A stretch of DNA of 64,000 nt from the human T2T-CHM13v2.0 reference genome, Homo sapiens. The DNA lies in NCBI RefSeq assembly GCF_009914755.1, contig NC_060929.1; one strand, written 5' to 3'. The first letter of the stretch is position 1. Every line of letters starts with the position of its first letter. A program made the translations under genes and the position numbers. Below, piece by piece: positions 35,069-52,474 of the stretch. The notes below the pieces were generated by a model. The model was not told the origin of the DNA. It saw nothing but the letters and a program-made list of their open reading frames with translations, and did not search any database.

Positions 35069-38000
35069 GTAGGAAATTTTTCTTTCATTGTTATTATTTA
35101 GTTGCTGGGCAACTACATACTATCTGAGTATAACAGGAATTATAACAACATAAAAGCAGGTAGTGGTAATGAGTAGGAGTACAAAGGGGAGTGTAAAGGG
35201 ACATTATTAGGAATTCTTTGGTGTAATGTGAACTGTACCTCTTTTTTTTACTCTGCCAAAATCTTTTCTTCTTACCAAAAAAAAACAAAAAACAAAAAAC
35301 CAATAGCAGTAGAAGTCAACAAAATATAGGGTTGTGGTCTTTTGTTAAAACTATGTTTGCTAGAAATCTCATATTCCTATTGTATATCATTTTATAGCAA
35401 AGTTTTTTAAAACTGCAAAATATCAGTCCACATTAACCCATTCATACACACTCATCTCCTGACTACCTTTGGTAAGTAGTTAGAAAGAGCTTTTAACTAA
35501 AGACAGCAAATTAGGACAACAATTTTTCAAATTGTGTATCTCAGAAAACATTCTGAAGAGGTTAATTTGTGTGTTTGAAGAAAAGATGTTCATGGTTAAA
35601 TAAGTTTTAGAAACTATGTTATATCCCACCTCCCTTTGGAGAGGTATAGCTACATTAGCATATAAAAGGCTGACGTTCTTCTGTAAAGAAAGCTGTATAA
35701 CCCAGATTTTCCAAAACTTATTTTTTAGAAAACACTTTTATGGTAACACATTAAATATCATGTGGCTCTATTCTGAGGGACATCATTTGGGGAAATGCTC
35801 AGGGCTTCCTTTTTAGGTGTGAGAAGTCAGCTGCCAGTTGTCGTTTTCAGCTCTATAGGATTCCTCAGTACTTTGGAAATTCCAGTTTAGAAAGAGTTAG
35901 TTTTGGGAGAGAGTGCTTTGCTTAGAGCTAAGAATCTTACTATTCTAGTCATATCTTAGAAAGTGACAAACTTTCTTTGTGTATCATTCCTCTTTTTCTG
36001 AGTGCTGTAAATAAATTTTGCTCAATAATAAAATGAGATATTAGAGCTCTCGGAATGAATGCCACTTTTATGTCTGACTGTCATTCTCTTCTCTTTCCTG
36101 GGCCATCACATCGTATAATTCTAGAGAGCTCTATTCTCTTTATATTTTGTCTAAATGATACCCCCTGCATTTATACAAAGTAGTGACCTTTCCCTTTTCT
36201 TCCATTTTTGGTAGTAGAGGCCAGCTTTCAATCATTAACAGTAATAGAGATGTATACTGGTGAGTGTTCTAAAATACTTCACTTTAGGGATGGTTTTAGG
36301 AAGTAGGTCTTAACTTAAAAATTTGCATATAAATGTGTCCGATTATGAGAATTGATAATACTTCAAATGAAATAACTTCTCCAAGTGGTAAACGTCAGAG
36401 ACAGGAAAATGAAGGTGGTAATCTCCTTTTATATTCTCTATAACCTGCTAGAATGGACAATGCTGTTACCTCAGAACGCAGTAGAGAACCTGAATAAATT
36501 CTAGTTTACCCCTTCACCCTTAATGATGTTTCATTGCTTCCCTGGGGCAAGGATTTGAAATCTTAAAATAGAGATTAAAGAATTATTCTAATTAGTAAAT
36601 AAGAGTTTAGGGGTAGATCTCAACACTATTTAGATTGTAGAAGACTTGCAATGAATGATTTGAAGGTAATAGAAATAGTAGTGACATGTTTGTTATGAAA
36701 GGATAATTTTAGTAGAATATTTACAAAAAGATAATATTTTAAGGTTTGTTCTGTGGTACTCTTGATGGATTCATTTTGTAGTTAGTGAATTCAGTTCATC
36801 AGAGTGTATTACTGAAGGATATTAATGAGGCAAAGGATATTAGATTCTTTTTCCAGTTGTGCTAATTTCTAATTAGCTCTTCTGTATATCATGGATACAA
36901 ATTGTACCTCAGTCCCTCTAGCTCTCTTAAAATTTCATGCAATTAGTTACTAACAGAACTAGATGAGAAAGTAAATGTACTTAATGTGGCTCATAGAATT
37001 GGATAAACCTTAGAGATAATCTAGTTCATTGGTCTTCAAACTGTATTCCCAAGAGTCTTTGGAAATTCCATGAGGAAGAGAAAGATGCTGAATAGTTAGG
37101 GCTTGTGTCTTTCATGGCTGCTTCAACCAGAGTATCTCCTTTGGTCTATTTTATTTAAGATTTCACTTAAGAACAGCTTTACTATTTAAAGAAAAAATCG
37201 TAGAAAGACACAGTTGAGGAAATCAATAAATTAGTGGTCAAGCAAGACTAAAATCCAGGTCTTCTAAAGCCTCTATTTTTCTCATTATTTTTGAATAGCA
37301 AAGAAAATAGGGTGCCAGTTATGATGAAAGTTTTTGAATCATGTATTTTATAGAGTAACTGTAGGAATACTATTTATTAAATTATAGGATATTTATATTA
37401 TTTACAGTTAGTTCCCTGAGTTATCAAGCTGTAGTATCATATACATACAATTATATTCATTTTGTGGTGTTTATAACAAGGGAAAAGGAACTGTTAATCA
37501 TTGTCTGTCCTTCCAAGTTTTTTTCCTCATCTAACACAAAATTAATAAATATTAATACTAAAAGATAGCTTACAATGGGGAAGTGACAATATCAGATTGG
37601 AGAAAAAGGAGTAGGTATATTAATTAGGATAAGTTAGTGATGGAAGTTCATAGAGTAGGGTAAAAATATGCAAGCAGAAAAGGGCTAAGTAAAGCTAGGT
37701 TGTTTTATGATGTTTTAAGGACTTTTTATCTCTTAGATTATTTCCATTAGTGACTACTTTTTATTTTCATTAGTGACTACTTTGAACTCTTTCAGTTAAA
37801 TGAATAATCATTCATTGTAGGTGTCAACCAGCAAAGGCACATTTGCCATAACTAGCCCACATCTTGGTTTTCAAAAGCATGCTGCCTCTCCCTTTGTTTA
37901 GGCAGTCTAGAAGCTCATGCCAGTAGTGTCTCCTTCTCCCCTACTTTGGCCTGTCCTTGCCCAGAGGATTCCATACTTAAGAATTATCCCTACTTCTCCT

Positions 38001-38226
38001 TTTTACACCTCTCAATTTCTCTGCCTTAGTTAGAAAGAAAACCGGAAAGACTCAACTTTAAAATTCCCTTCCTCTCATTTAGTTAAATTTCAACTGGCTA
38101 ATACAGGAAAATAGTATCTTTTATTACTTATAACTTAATTAGTTTATTCCTAAATATGATAGTTTAGTATACCATTATATTTGTAGATGAAACATCCCTG
38201 AATCTGTAATTGTTATTTTTTTTTAA

Positions 38227-38495
<269 letters not shown>

Positions 38496-38985
38496 AACTA
38501 AATTATAAGTAATAAATAAGTCAAATTATTTTTCTGTATTAGCCAGTTGAAATTTATCCTCCTAGTCCCTGGGCAGGCACGGTGGTTCATGCCTGTAATT
38601 CCAGCATGAAACACCACGCCTGGTGAGGGGATTACTGATTCTGTTACCAGGCAAGAAAACTATGCCATTAGCTCTTTTCCATGCCTTAAAAACCTCAGTT
38701 TCTGTAAGGAAAGGATAAAGTCTGTCGCTCTATTCTTGGCATTCCTTTGGTGCATACTATTTAAATGCTTATCATTTACAGTATAAACAAACATCTATTT
38801 GTCTAAGGCCATAACAGAACTATCTTTTTATTAAAAAAAGGTGATTTTGCTGAATTTACCTTGACCATTTTCTTCTGTTATTATGAATATTCGTAGGGTC
38901 ACTAAATTATAAGAAACTTTCTATGATGTTAAGAGATAATTGGCAGGAAATTATTAAATTAACATGTTTGTTTATTTTTTTTCAG

Positions 38986-39111
38986 CCTCTACAGCTTTAC
39001 GTTCCAGTCCAATAATGAGAAAAAAAGTATCTTTAAATACGTATACACCTGCAAAGATCCTCCCAACACCACCAGCTACCTTAAAGAGCACTAAAGCAAG
39101 CAGCAAACCAG
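38986..39111 (+). CDS. PPIP5K2: PPIP5K2 exon (126 nt) [42 protein letters not shown]
   Basis: ttttcag| ... cag|gtaagg; phase 1-1. Confidence 0.94.
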
Positions 39112-39423
39112 GTAAGGGGTGTGTGTGTTGAGTTTGTGGATTTGCACAGAAATTAGAGGAATAGTAACTTGCTTTTTAAATGTCAAATTTGTTTTTAATT
39201 AGTATCTTTGCACTTCCCTAGAGCGTAATGATCCTAAGGGTTAAAAATCGATTATTGTAGTCAATTGATATATATTTGTTTTTTGTCTGTTGTCTTCCCC
39301 TCTCCCCACATCTGTTAACAAAATATATTTCACAGTCACACTTTTCCCCAAACTAATTTACGGACTGTCTTCTTTTGCCTTTCTTTTGAGTTTAAGGCAT
39401 CATCTTACATGAAAATTTCTATA

Positions 39424-39562
39424 GGCCAGGCATAGTGGTGCCCACCTGCAATCCCAGCTACTCAGGAAGTGGAGGTATGAGGATTACCTGAGCCCAGGAG
39501 TTCAAGTCCAGCCTAGACAACATAGCAAGACCCTGTCTCAAGTATTAAAAAAAGAAAAAAAA
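39424..39562 (+). mobile_element. FLAM Alu monomer
   Basis: Single ~130-bp monomer with A-tail, TSD aaaatttct. Confidence 0.85.
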
Positions 39563-39939
39563 TTTCTCTTTCCTGATAATATTTTCATCTCTCCATTCTC
39601 AGTCTGACTATGTGACTACCAAAATTAATTTTTATTAGCATTTTTCTACTTTAATTATGTGGCACATTTAATTGTATTTTTGACCCTTCCTGAAATGCTC
39701 TCTTACCCTATTACTATATTGTGATATTCTATCCATTTATCTTATTCCTCTACTTTTCTTGTTTGATCATCCTTCTTCTTTCTACATTCTTATCCCAGAC
39801 AAGAACATGATACTCATGATATTCATTTTTCTTACCATATATCTTTTTTCCTCAGAGAATTTCATATACCTCCAAGGCTTTGACAACAGCCTCATTGCAG
39901 ATGTCTTCATTCTTTTCCTCTAGTGCTCTCAAATGTTCT

Positions 39940-40180
39940 TTTGGTTAAGAGTTTGTGCTTAACAGTCAGAGAAACCTAGATTAAAATCTCAGTTCTGCTA
40001 CTTATTAGCTATGTGACTCTGGACAAGTTACTTAACCTCTCTGATCCTTAGTCTTATAGTCATAAAATCGGGTTAATAGTACCTTCTTCATATAACTGTC
40101 AGAAATGATTGCAATCTTGTATATAAAGTACTTGGCACACATTGTAAACACTTACTAAATGGTAACTGCTATTAATTATT
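39940..40180 (+). mobile_element. MIR
   Basis: tctgctacttattagctatgtgactctggacaagttacttaacctctctga core. Confidence 0.75.
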
Positions 40181-40579
40181 ATACTGTATCCAATGTTCTC
40201 TTTACTTCTCCCCAAATAAATTCCCTTAGCATTCATGCCATTTTTTTCTATTAAAATGTTTTCCCTTTTACCTCACGTCCTTGAAGACTCAACCCAACCT
40301 CTTTCACTGATAATGTATTTATATGATTATCAAAACAAGAACTTCAATAACACTCTGTGCTACTGATTTGTTCTATTATACCAGATTATAACTCTATCAG
40401 ATTACAAGGCCTTATAAGTCAGAGGCAATATCTTAAACCACAAATCTTACAGATTTGAACCTTGCACATTCCAACTAATAAGTATGTGAAACAACAGACA
40501 ATTGAATAAGTATCTTAAACATAAGTTGTGATGCATCCCATATGCCACACAAAGCTAACATTTGTATAGTTCTTTATAT

Positions 40580-40760
40580 TATAAGCATTTTTCTATTAAT
40601 TCTCATAGTTCTCACCATAACCTTTAGAGGTCAATACCATTCTTATGTCCATTACAGATGAAAAAAGTAACAGAGATAGTAACTTAATCCCAGCTTACAT
40701 AGCTAGTAGTCAGTAGACCTAGGATTTGAATGCATTTTGACTCATAGTACATTGTTCTTT
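40580..40760 (-). mobile_element. MIR
   Basis: ccattacagatgaaaaaa ... cacatagctagtag-like ... ctaggatttgaa antisense MIR. Confidence 0.6.
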
Positions 40761-40809
40761 AGACACATAATAAATGCATTAGTTCATATACATTTTTAAG
40801 TAATAAACT

Positions 40810-44650
<3,841 letters not shown>

Positions 44651-44663
44651 TCATCCATAGTAG

Positions 44664-45038
<375 letters not shown>

Positions 45039-45609
45039 TGATAATTCATGAAGACTTCATGTTGGTTTAGACACAGAAGGATGATTCCTAAGTCAAGCGT
45101 GCTTCTAGTTTTCTTACCTTCTAGCTTTTTAGAGAGGGATAAGATAGAAGATACAAGAGGAAATAGATGCTTGTAGAGAAAATGATGAGTTCAGTTTATG
45201 CATATTAAGTTTGTCTTTCTCGTCAGATATCTTTAAAGAAAGTTTCAATTGGCAGTTGTATATACATATCTTGAGCTAAAGGAAAAGGCCCAGGCCAGAA
45301 GTATAAATTTAAAAATCATTAGCACAATGGATGGTAGTTAAAAATTATGAAAATATATTCATTTCCTAGGAAGCATGTAGAGTAAAATGAGAAATTAATT
45401 TTGTGAACACAGCCCATTGTCATTACCTTTCTATATTTGTGTTGAATTCTGAAAAGTAAAAGGTTAAAAATGCTATATTAAATTTTTACATTTCATTTAC
45501 ATCACAATTATAACAAGAATTGTTTTGTCAATCAGCAGTATTATTTGAACTTGGATTGTTTGTGTAAATTTAAGCAATAGTTTTTTGTTTTTGTTTTTGT
45601 TTTATGTAG

Positions 45610-45722
45610 CTACAAGTGGACCTTCTAGTGCAGTTGTTCCTAATACCTCATCTCGGAAAAAGAATATAACTAGCAAAACAGAAACGCATGAACACAAAAA
45701 AAACACTGGGAAAAAGAAATGA
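45610..45722 (+). CDS. PPIP5K2: PPIP5K2 last coding exon [37 protein letters not shown]
   Basis: atgtag| acceptor; TGA at 45720-45722; polybasic C-terminus. Confidence 0.95.
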
Positions 45723-46701
45723 AATCTTAGCAGAAGCTGGAACTTTTTATACTTATAAAAATAGTGTGTTCTTATGTTTCTCCTTATGCATTTATGTGTT
45801 CACTTAAAAATGTTTTTAAATCTAAGGTTTTCTTTGTTTATGTTCAGGTAAGGAACTGTTGTCATGATCTGGAAATGTTTAAAACAATGTTTGTTAGCAT
45901 TCTGTGAGCAGCAAAACTTATAGTGATAAAAATCGATTGTTGTTAATATGATGTTTACCATGTGCACATAGTAATGAAAAGGAACATAAAAGCCCAGCAG
46001 GCTCGTACCAAAGTCACAGCAGTAATGCTATGTACTGCAGAGTCTGATGAGCTGGCCTTTGTGCACACTTTTATTTTCATGGGATTGCATCTTAGCTGTT
46101 AAAACTTCTAGATTGAAATTTGACAGCCAGGGTTACATATTGGGGACTTTTAAAGTGTCTTTCCAAAGAGATTTCATTAACCGTTTAGATTAGAATATCT
46201 TTCCCAATTGTTACAGTGACATATATGCTGCAATATTTAACAACTGGAGTATTAGCCACATGGGTTATTTTTTCAATCTGTGTTTTGAATTTTTTTATTG
46301 TGTGTTATTTAAAATATTACATATGCAGCTGGGAGAACTACACCTTTGTGCACATAGATTTATATATTAATTTGTAGAAAATATTTTCTTTATATATTTC
46401 CTTACCATACAAGGTGCCTTGTTCATCAGGAAAACTTTTGTTTTGTATTTTGACAAGAAAGGCACCTTCAGAGTTTCTTTTTAAGTATAGTTGACAAGTG
46501 TATAAATGTTACACTTACTTTCAGAGTTCTTTTTAGATCTAAAGAAGTCAGTTCAAAAATGGAAATCAACAATGTTAGGAGAAATCTGAATTCTGTTAAG
46601 TTAGTAAGTATTATGTATAGCATCTGTTTTTAACCATTTCCATTCTTATCCCTAGTGTATCAGTTGATCACACTAAGAAAGCTTAAAGATTGAGCATTTG
46701 A

Positions 46702-46707
46702 AATAAA
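46702..46707 (+). terminator. Candidate proximal poly(A) signal AATAAA
   Basis: Canonical hexamer in 3'UTR, with TGTA elements upstream. Confidence 0.45.
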
Positions 46708-47400
46708 TGCTCTTTATAAATGATTAGATTTTTGAAGGGATATTGAAATCATTGCGCTGTGATTTCATCTGTGATGTGAAAAATCAATTTATTATCCTTG
46801 GTGCTTTCCCCCCCACCAATGCACAAATAATTGTGAACAGCTTGAAATGACTTAAACTGTAATCCAAATGGGACAATCTGATAAGAATTTCATGCATTGG
46901 TAGTTAAATAACTTAAATTGCTAAAGCTTTAGCTTGAAATTTATGTTTAGAAAAACTATTGATTTCCCATGGTATGAATATAACTATTGTAATTCTTCAA
47001 ATGAGACTCTTCTCACCTTAAATAGTCATATATTAATTAACTTATAGGAAATAAGCATACTATATGTTAGCTGTTTTAAAAGGTACCAGATGTAAGAGTC
47101 ATAAATATATGCAATTAAAGAAGTTCATAGATTTCACACGAATGTAAATGTGTTATATGGAGACATGTCTTGTAAACAGTTGAATGTATGTAAGTTTTCT
47201 GTTTGTGAAAATGTAGTTAATGTACTCACTGTGGAGGTCATAAGGAAGCTACTTTTTTTTTAAAGTGGAACCTAATTAAAATATTTCCAGAATCAAAGAG
47301 ACTTAAATGGTAAATTTTTAAAATTTTCTTATCTCTTACTTTTTAGTTTTCAAAGTAGAAAAAATCAGGAATTTTTTTATTAACTAGTACTTACATATTA

Positions 47401-47406
47401 AATAAA
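47401..47406 (+). terminator. Poly(A) signal AATAAA (overlapping ATTAAA)
   Basis: tattaAATAAA at the end of the repeat-free AU-rich UTR block. Confidence 0.65.
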
Positions 47407-48543
47407 ATTTATTATTGGCTATATACATAGCAATATATTACTTTCCAAACTAGAAAGTACAGTACAACTAACTTTTTCCATTGTTATGCAAGAACTATTA
47501 CTTTCCTGTAGTCACCAAACTCAGTAGTATTGCTCTGTAGACTAGACACTCTATTTGTAAAAATCTTAGAATCACTTTCCAAAACAAATAAAAAGTCTAC
47601 TGTATCAGAGCAAAATGTTATAGTTATCACTGTTTAGTGGCAGTTTGACTGAAGCATCTGTTTCTCACTTGATTCTGTCCTGAGAAGATGTGGGATTTTT
47701 TGGTTTTAAATACTAGAAGATATTTCTTCTTAGAGCCCAGTCCTCCATCCCAAAGAGGTGAACTAGCCCAGCATGAAGAATTGTCTAGTCACCCTGAGAT
47801 ATTAATCTTCATAATGTATTATTCAGTTCCTTCACCCTTAAAAGCCATATAATAGGCTCAGACCTAACTTAGCCCTTGAAGTCTAGTGCTGGCAGATTCT
47901 GCTGCCCTGGTTTAAATGAGTTACGTAGTCCATTCTCAAATACTAGCAAATTTGGGGGGCGTGGTACAGCAATTTTGGGTGAAGAAAAGTGTGCTGAACA
48001 CCTTATGTCAGTGATAGACAAGATATAGAGGCTGAAGGGAATACAGTAAAGTAACAAAAACATGTGGCAGTGTGCTTAGCATAAACATAGAGCACAAAGG
48101 CAATAGATGGAAATTATGAGAGAAAAGTTAAAGTTCTTCAAGAAATATCCAATTAAAACTCACTAGCCAAGGAAAAAGTTTCTGTTTTCACCCGGATTTC
48201 TTTTTGGGTTGACTCTGTCTGACCTAAATGTCCACTGTTAACTAGTGCCATGCCAGTTTGAACCAAGATTTCACATTTTTGTTTTGTATTCATACTTTGG
48301 TAGAAATTTCTCAGTCTTTGTGTATTTATAAGAATTTGCTTTACACATAGTGTACAGTGTTTATTAACTTTACATCATTTTATCCTTGCCTTACTATCTG
48401 GACAGTGTAGACTGCCTATATTCCTAGTTAGTTGGGGTTGGGATCTCTTCTCTTAGAGTGGCCCAGCAGTTTTAGCCCCTCTCTAATTCTCTTTTCCTGT
48501 GTTGGGAGATATCAAAACAACAGAATTCTTGCCAGTGGGAACA

Positions 48544-48702
48544 TTTTTCTTTTTTAGACAAGGTCTCATTCTGTCACCCCAGCTGGAGTGCGGTGGCACA
48601 GTCTTAATTCACTACAGCCTTGAACTCCTGGGCTCAAGAAATCTTTCTGCTTCAGCCTCCTAAATAGCTGGTACTATAGGTGCGTGCCACCACACCCAGC
48701 TC
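48544..48702 (-). mobile_element. FRAM / AluJ right monomer
   Basis: agacaaggtctcattctgtcacc ... gccaccacacccagct; TSD-like tgggaa. Confidence 0.8.
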
Positions 48703-48954
48703 ATGGGAATAATTTTTACACTCCTTCAGAAGGAGTCATTTGTGATTGGAGTCCACGTAGAAACAGGTTTCCCTCTGTACATAATCGTAGGTACCAAAAT
48801 ATTACTGTGTAAAGTGTTGTTTATATAGGTCAATTTTTGTGGAAGATCTAATTTCTATTTTCAGAGAACAGAGCACATTAAAAAATCTATTTAGTATTGT
48901 GTACTATATAATTTATGTGAATTATATAGCTCCTTAACTAAATATATTACTGAG

Positions 48955-49646
48955 TTTTTTTTTTAATACTGTAAGTTCTAGGGTACATGTGCACAATGTG
49001 CAGGTTTGTTACATAGGTATACATGTGCCATGTTGGTTTGCTGCACCCATGAACTCATCATTTACATTAGGTATTTCTCCTAATGCTATCCCTCCCCCAG
49101 CCCCCCACCCACTGACAGGCCCAGTGTGTGATGCTCCCCGCCCTGTGTCCAAGTACTGTTCTCATTGTTCAGTTCCCTCTTATGAGTGAGAACATGCGGT
49201 GTTTGGTTTTCTGTCCTTGTGATAGTTTGCTGAGAATGATGGTTTCCAGCTTCATCCATGTCCTTGTCATCCTTTTTTTTGGCTGCATAGTATTCCATGG
49301 TGTATATGTGCCACATTTTCTTAATCCAGTCTATCATTGATGGACATCTGGGTTGGTCCCAAGTCTTTGCTATTGTGAATAGTGCCACAATAAACATACG
49401 TGTGCATGTGTCTTTATAGTGGCATGATTTATAATCCTTTGGGTATATACCCAGTAATGGGATGGCTGGGTCAAATGGTATTTCTAGTTCTAGATCCTTG
49501 AGGAATCGCCACACTGTCTTCCACAATGGTTGAACTAATTTACACTCCCACCAAGTGTTCCTATTTCTCCACATCCTCTCCAGCATCTGTTGTTTCCTGA
49601 CTTTTCAATGATCGCCATTCTAACTGGCGTGAGATGGTATCTCATT
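48955..49646 (-). mobile_element. 5'-truncated L1PA 3' end
   Basis: ORF 49086-49586 gives L1 ORF2p C-terminus ([33 protein letters not shown]). Confidence 0.93.
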
Positions 49647-50159
49647 TGTAAGATGATATCTCATTGAGATTTTTATAAACTGCTTTTCTTTTGGTTCATG
49701 TGCTTTGTCATGGATTGTGAGAAAAACATCTTTTCGCTTAGGGATCACTGTCAATTTCTCCTTTTATTATCAATGGTTTTTACTTTACTTTTTATATAGT
49801 ATGTGGGTATGTTTTCTGGTGCATATAAATTCATGAATGCTAGATTTTCATTATAGGTTTTACCTTATCATTATTAAAATGTCCTTTTTGTCCATTGGAT
49901 ACTTTTTGTTCTATAAATTGTCAGATATTAAGATTATGACCTATGCTTTATTTTGGCTTGCATTTGCCTGATATTCATCTTTTTACTTTTTGGTATTTGT
50001 GTCACTTTGTTTTAGGTTATTTAATATAGTATATATTGGGTTTTGCTTTGTGATTCAATTTTAAGATCCCTTTTACTTAATAGATTAGTGTAGTCTGTTT
50101 TATGTAATGTATCTTTGCTTTTAGATTGTGCTTGCTTTTTTTATTGCTTTAAAATTCTT

Positions 50160-50620
50160 TTGTCTTTCTGTAACAATACTTTCCACTGCAAGTAGGAAAA
50201 TTCCAATTGAAACTGGTTTAAATCATCAGAAAATGTATTATTACACATTTCTGAAGGTCCAAAGGTGGGGTTGGCTTCAGCCACAGTTGCATTAGCCATA
50301 TTGTCATCAAAAGCCCAAGTGACCTCCCTTGTCACCTCTGGCATAGTATAAACTTTATCCCAAAGTTGTTTTCTCTCGTGTTAACAATAATTGCTGTCGG
50401 TTTCAGTGAGGACTACATATTTTTTTTGTTCATGTCCAACACAATAAAAATTGAGGGAAGTTCTGTCCCAATCCTGGAATATTAATATTAAGCCATCTAC
50501 TTCAGTGTGATTGAGCCAACTTCTTTGATCATCTACTCACCCCTAGATAAATAGAATACTCCAGGAGATTCCCATGACCTTACTGACCCTAGAGCAGATG
50601 ATGGAGTCAGTTTTTCCGAA
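50160..50620. mobile_element. MLT1 (J/K/L-like) MaLR LTR fragment; resumes ~51465-51570
   Basis: tgcaagtaggaaaattccaattgaaactggtttaaa ... ggttggcttcagccacag. Confidence 0.55.
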
Positions 50621-51462
50621 AAGCCTCAGCACTGTTGACATTTTGGACCATAAAATTCTACATCATAGGAAGCTGTTCCATGCATAGCAGCATGTCTAGT
50701 AGGATCTCTGTACCTAGCTGTGAAGTGTTGAGAGTCAGTTAAGGTAAGTAGCTGAAATGAAAATAACAATCACATCTTTATTCACTTACTATGATAAAAT
50801 TATAAGCAAGAGACCAAAAAGGAAAGTAGGGCCAGCTCCTTGTTGTTCCATTTTTCCCCTACCATGGACTAGCACTGGACATGCGTCAATCAGACGACAT
50901 GCAGTCCAGGCAGAGGAAATTGTTTCACTGCTAAGGAGCAATGAACAAAAGGTTCCTGCCATCTTATGGACCTCAAGGACTGCGGACAGGGAGCAGGGAA
51001 GGGTTAGAAGTAGAAAACAACTGAGTCAGAGTGGAGATGAGTGTCTCAGTCAAGGCCCACCAATAGCGAGGTCTCTGTGGAGGCACCTGAAAAGTGTCTC
51101 AACCAAGGCCCCCTGATAAGGAAGACTCAGCATGGAGGTACCTGGTCTAGGAATGCAGCTAGGTTTATAGACATGGCCAGCCCAGGGGGTCCTGAGCACC
51201 AGATACAACTCCCTCCAGAGACTGGCTGTGTTTAAATCTCATGTGGGAAGGGCACCTTTCCCCTACAAAGCCTGTCAGGCAAAGCCTTTGTAATTGCTTA
51301 TGGTCAGGCCTGAAAGATCACACATCAGACTTTGGCCTGGAACATATCTCCTCACCCTAAATGCCAGCAGCATCGCCTCCAAACTGTGGCAGTCAAAAAT
51401 GTCTCCAGACATTAGTAAATGTCTTTTGTGAGGGAAGAATTGACCCTAGTTAAGAACCACTG
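50620..51462 (-). mobile_element. MER20 (hAT-Charlie), split by an LTR
   Basis: cctcagcactgttgacattttggacc left part; atgccagcagca...aaaaatgtctccagacatt...ttaagaaccactg right part. Confidence 0.8.
50719..51354 (-). mobile_element. Solo ERV LTR (~636 bp; ERVL/MER73-like, family tentative)
   Basis: TG...CA termini, GC-richer block interrupting MER20, minus-strand TATAAA (51164-51169) and AATAAA (50777-50782). Confidence 0.65.
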
Positions 51463-52164
51463 CCCTAAAGCACATGATTCTGTGGAAAAGAAGGATATAT
51501 GACCAAAATCATCATTTTGGATAGTGAGGGCATGGATAATGGATACATAATCAGCAATGTATGCTGTATACTACACTTGCATTATGTTATTCACATTTGC
51601 TATAGTTCACTTGTTGTGCTAATGGTTTTTTCCTTCACTATGATTTTGAATTATATTTAATTTTAAAGTCTATATATATATATATTTAGATCCTATCTGT
51701 TGACTCCTTGCTGTGAACAATATCCAATTAGTGTATTTTTTCCTCTACTGCACAGTTTTGGTTGATTATTTTTTCCTTTTCATTTCTTTTCTGAACTTTG
51801 TTAGCTTATGTTGCATTTCCTTTGGTTGTTTTGCTATGGTGTTTCTGATCAACTACATTTCTTTATGAACTCTATTTCCTTAAGTTCTTTGAGTTATGAC
51901 AGTATATTTGGTCACATTTTTCATGTGCTCAGCTGATTCATTCTTTCCTGTTGAGTGGTTTTTATCTGCTAATTGTTTCTGCTTGTTCCATTTCTCCTTT
52001 TCTTGAAGTGTTTGTGCATGAACACTGTGCAGGTTTATTTTCAAGTATTACTTACCTTTATATGAGATAAATTTCTTTCTGGCTCATCTATTTGATACAA
52101 TTTCTTTTTTGTTTGTTTTTGTTTTGTTTTTTAAAATGCAATTTCATATGTTAGGTAGGTTGGC

Positions 52165-52474
<310 letters not shown>

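Larger units (their letters stand above)
45723..47425 (+). other. PPIP5K2: PPIP5K2 3'UTR (proximal form)
   Basis: AU-rich, repeat-free sequence after the stop, ending near AATAAA 47401. Confidence 0.75.

Noticed and set aside
37744-37783. 16-bp direct repeat cattagtgactacttt x2
   Set aside because: Ordinary slippage duplication; only two units, not an array.
50757-51235. 119-aa and 64-aa ORFs
   Set aside because: Lie within a solo LTR; no recognisable protein similarity.
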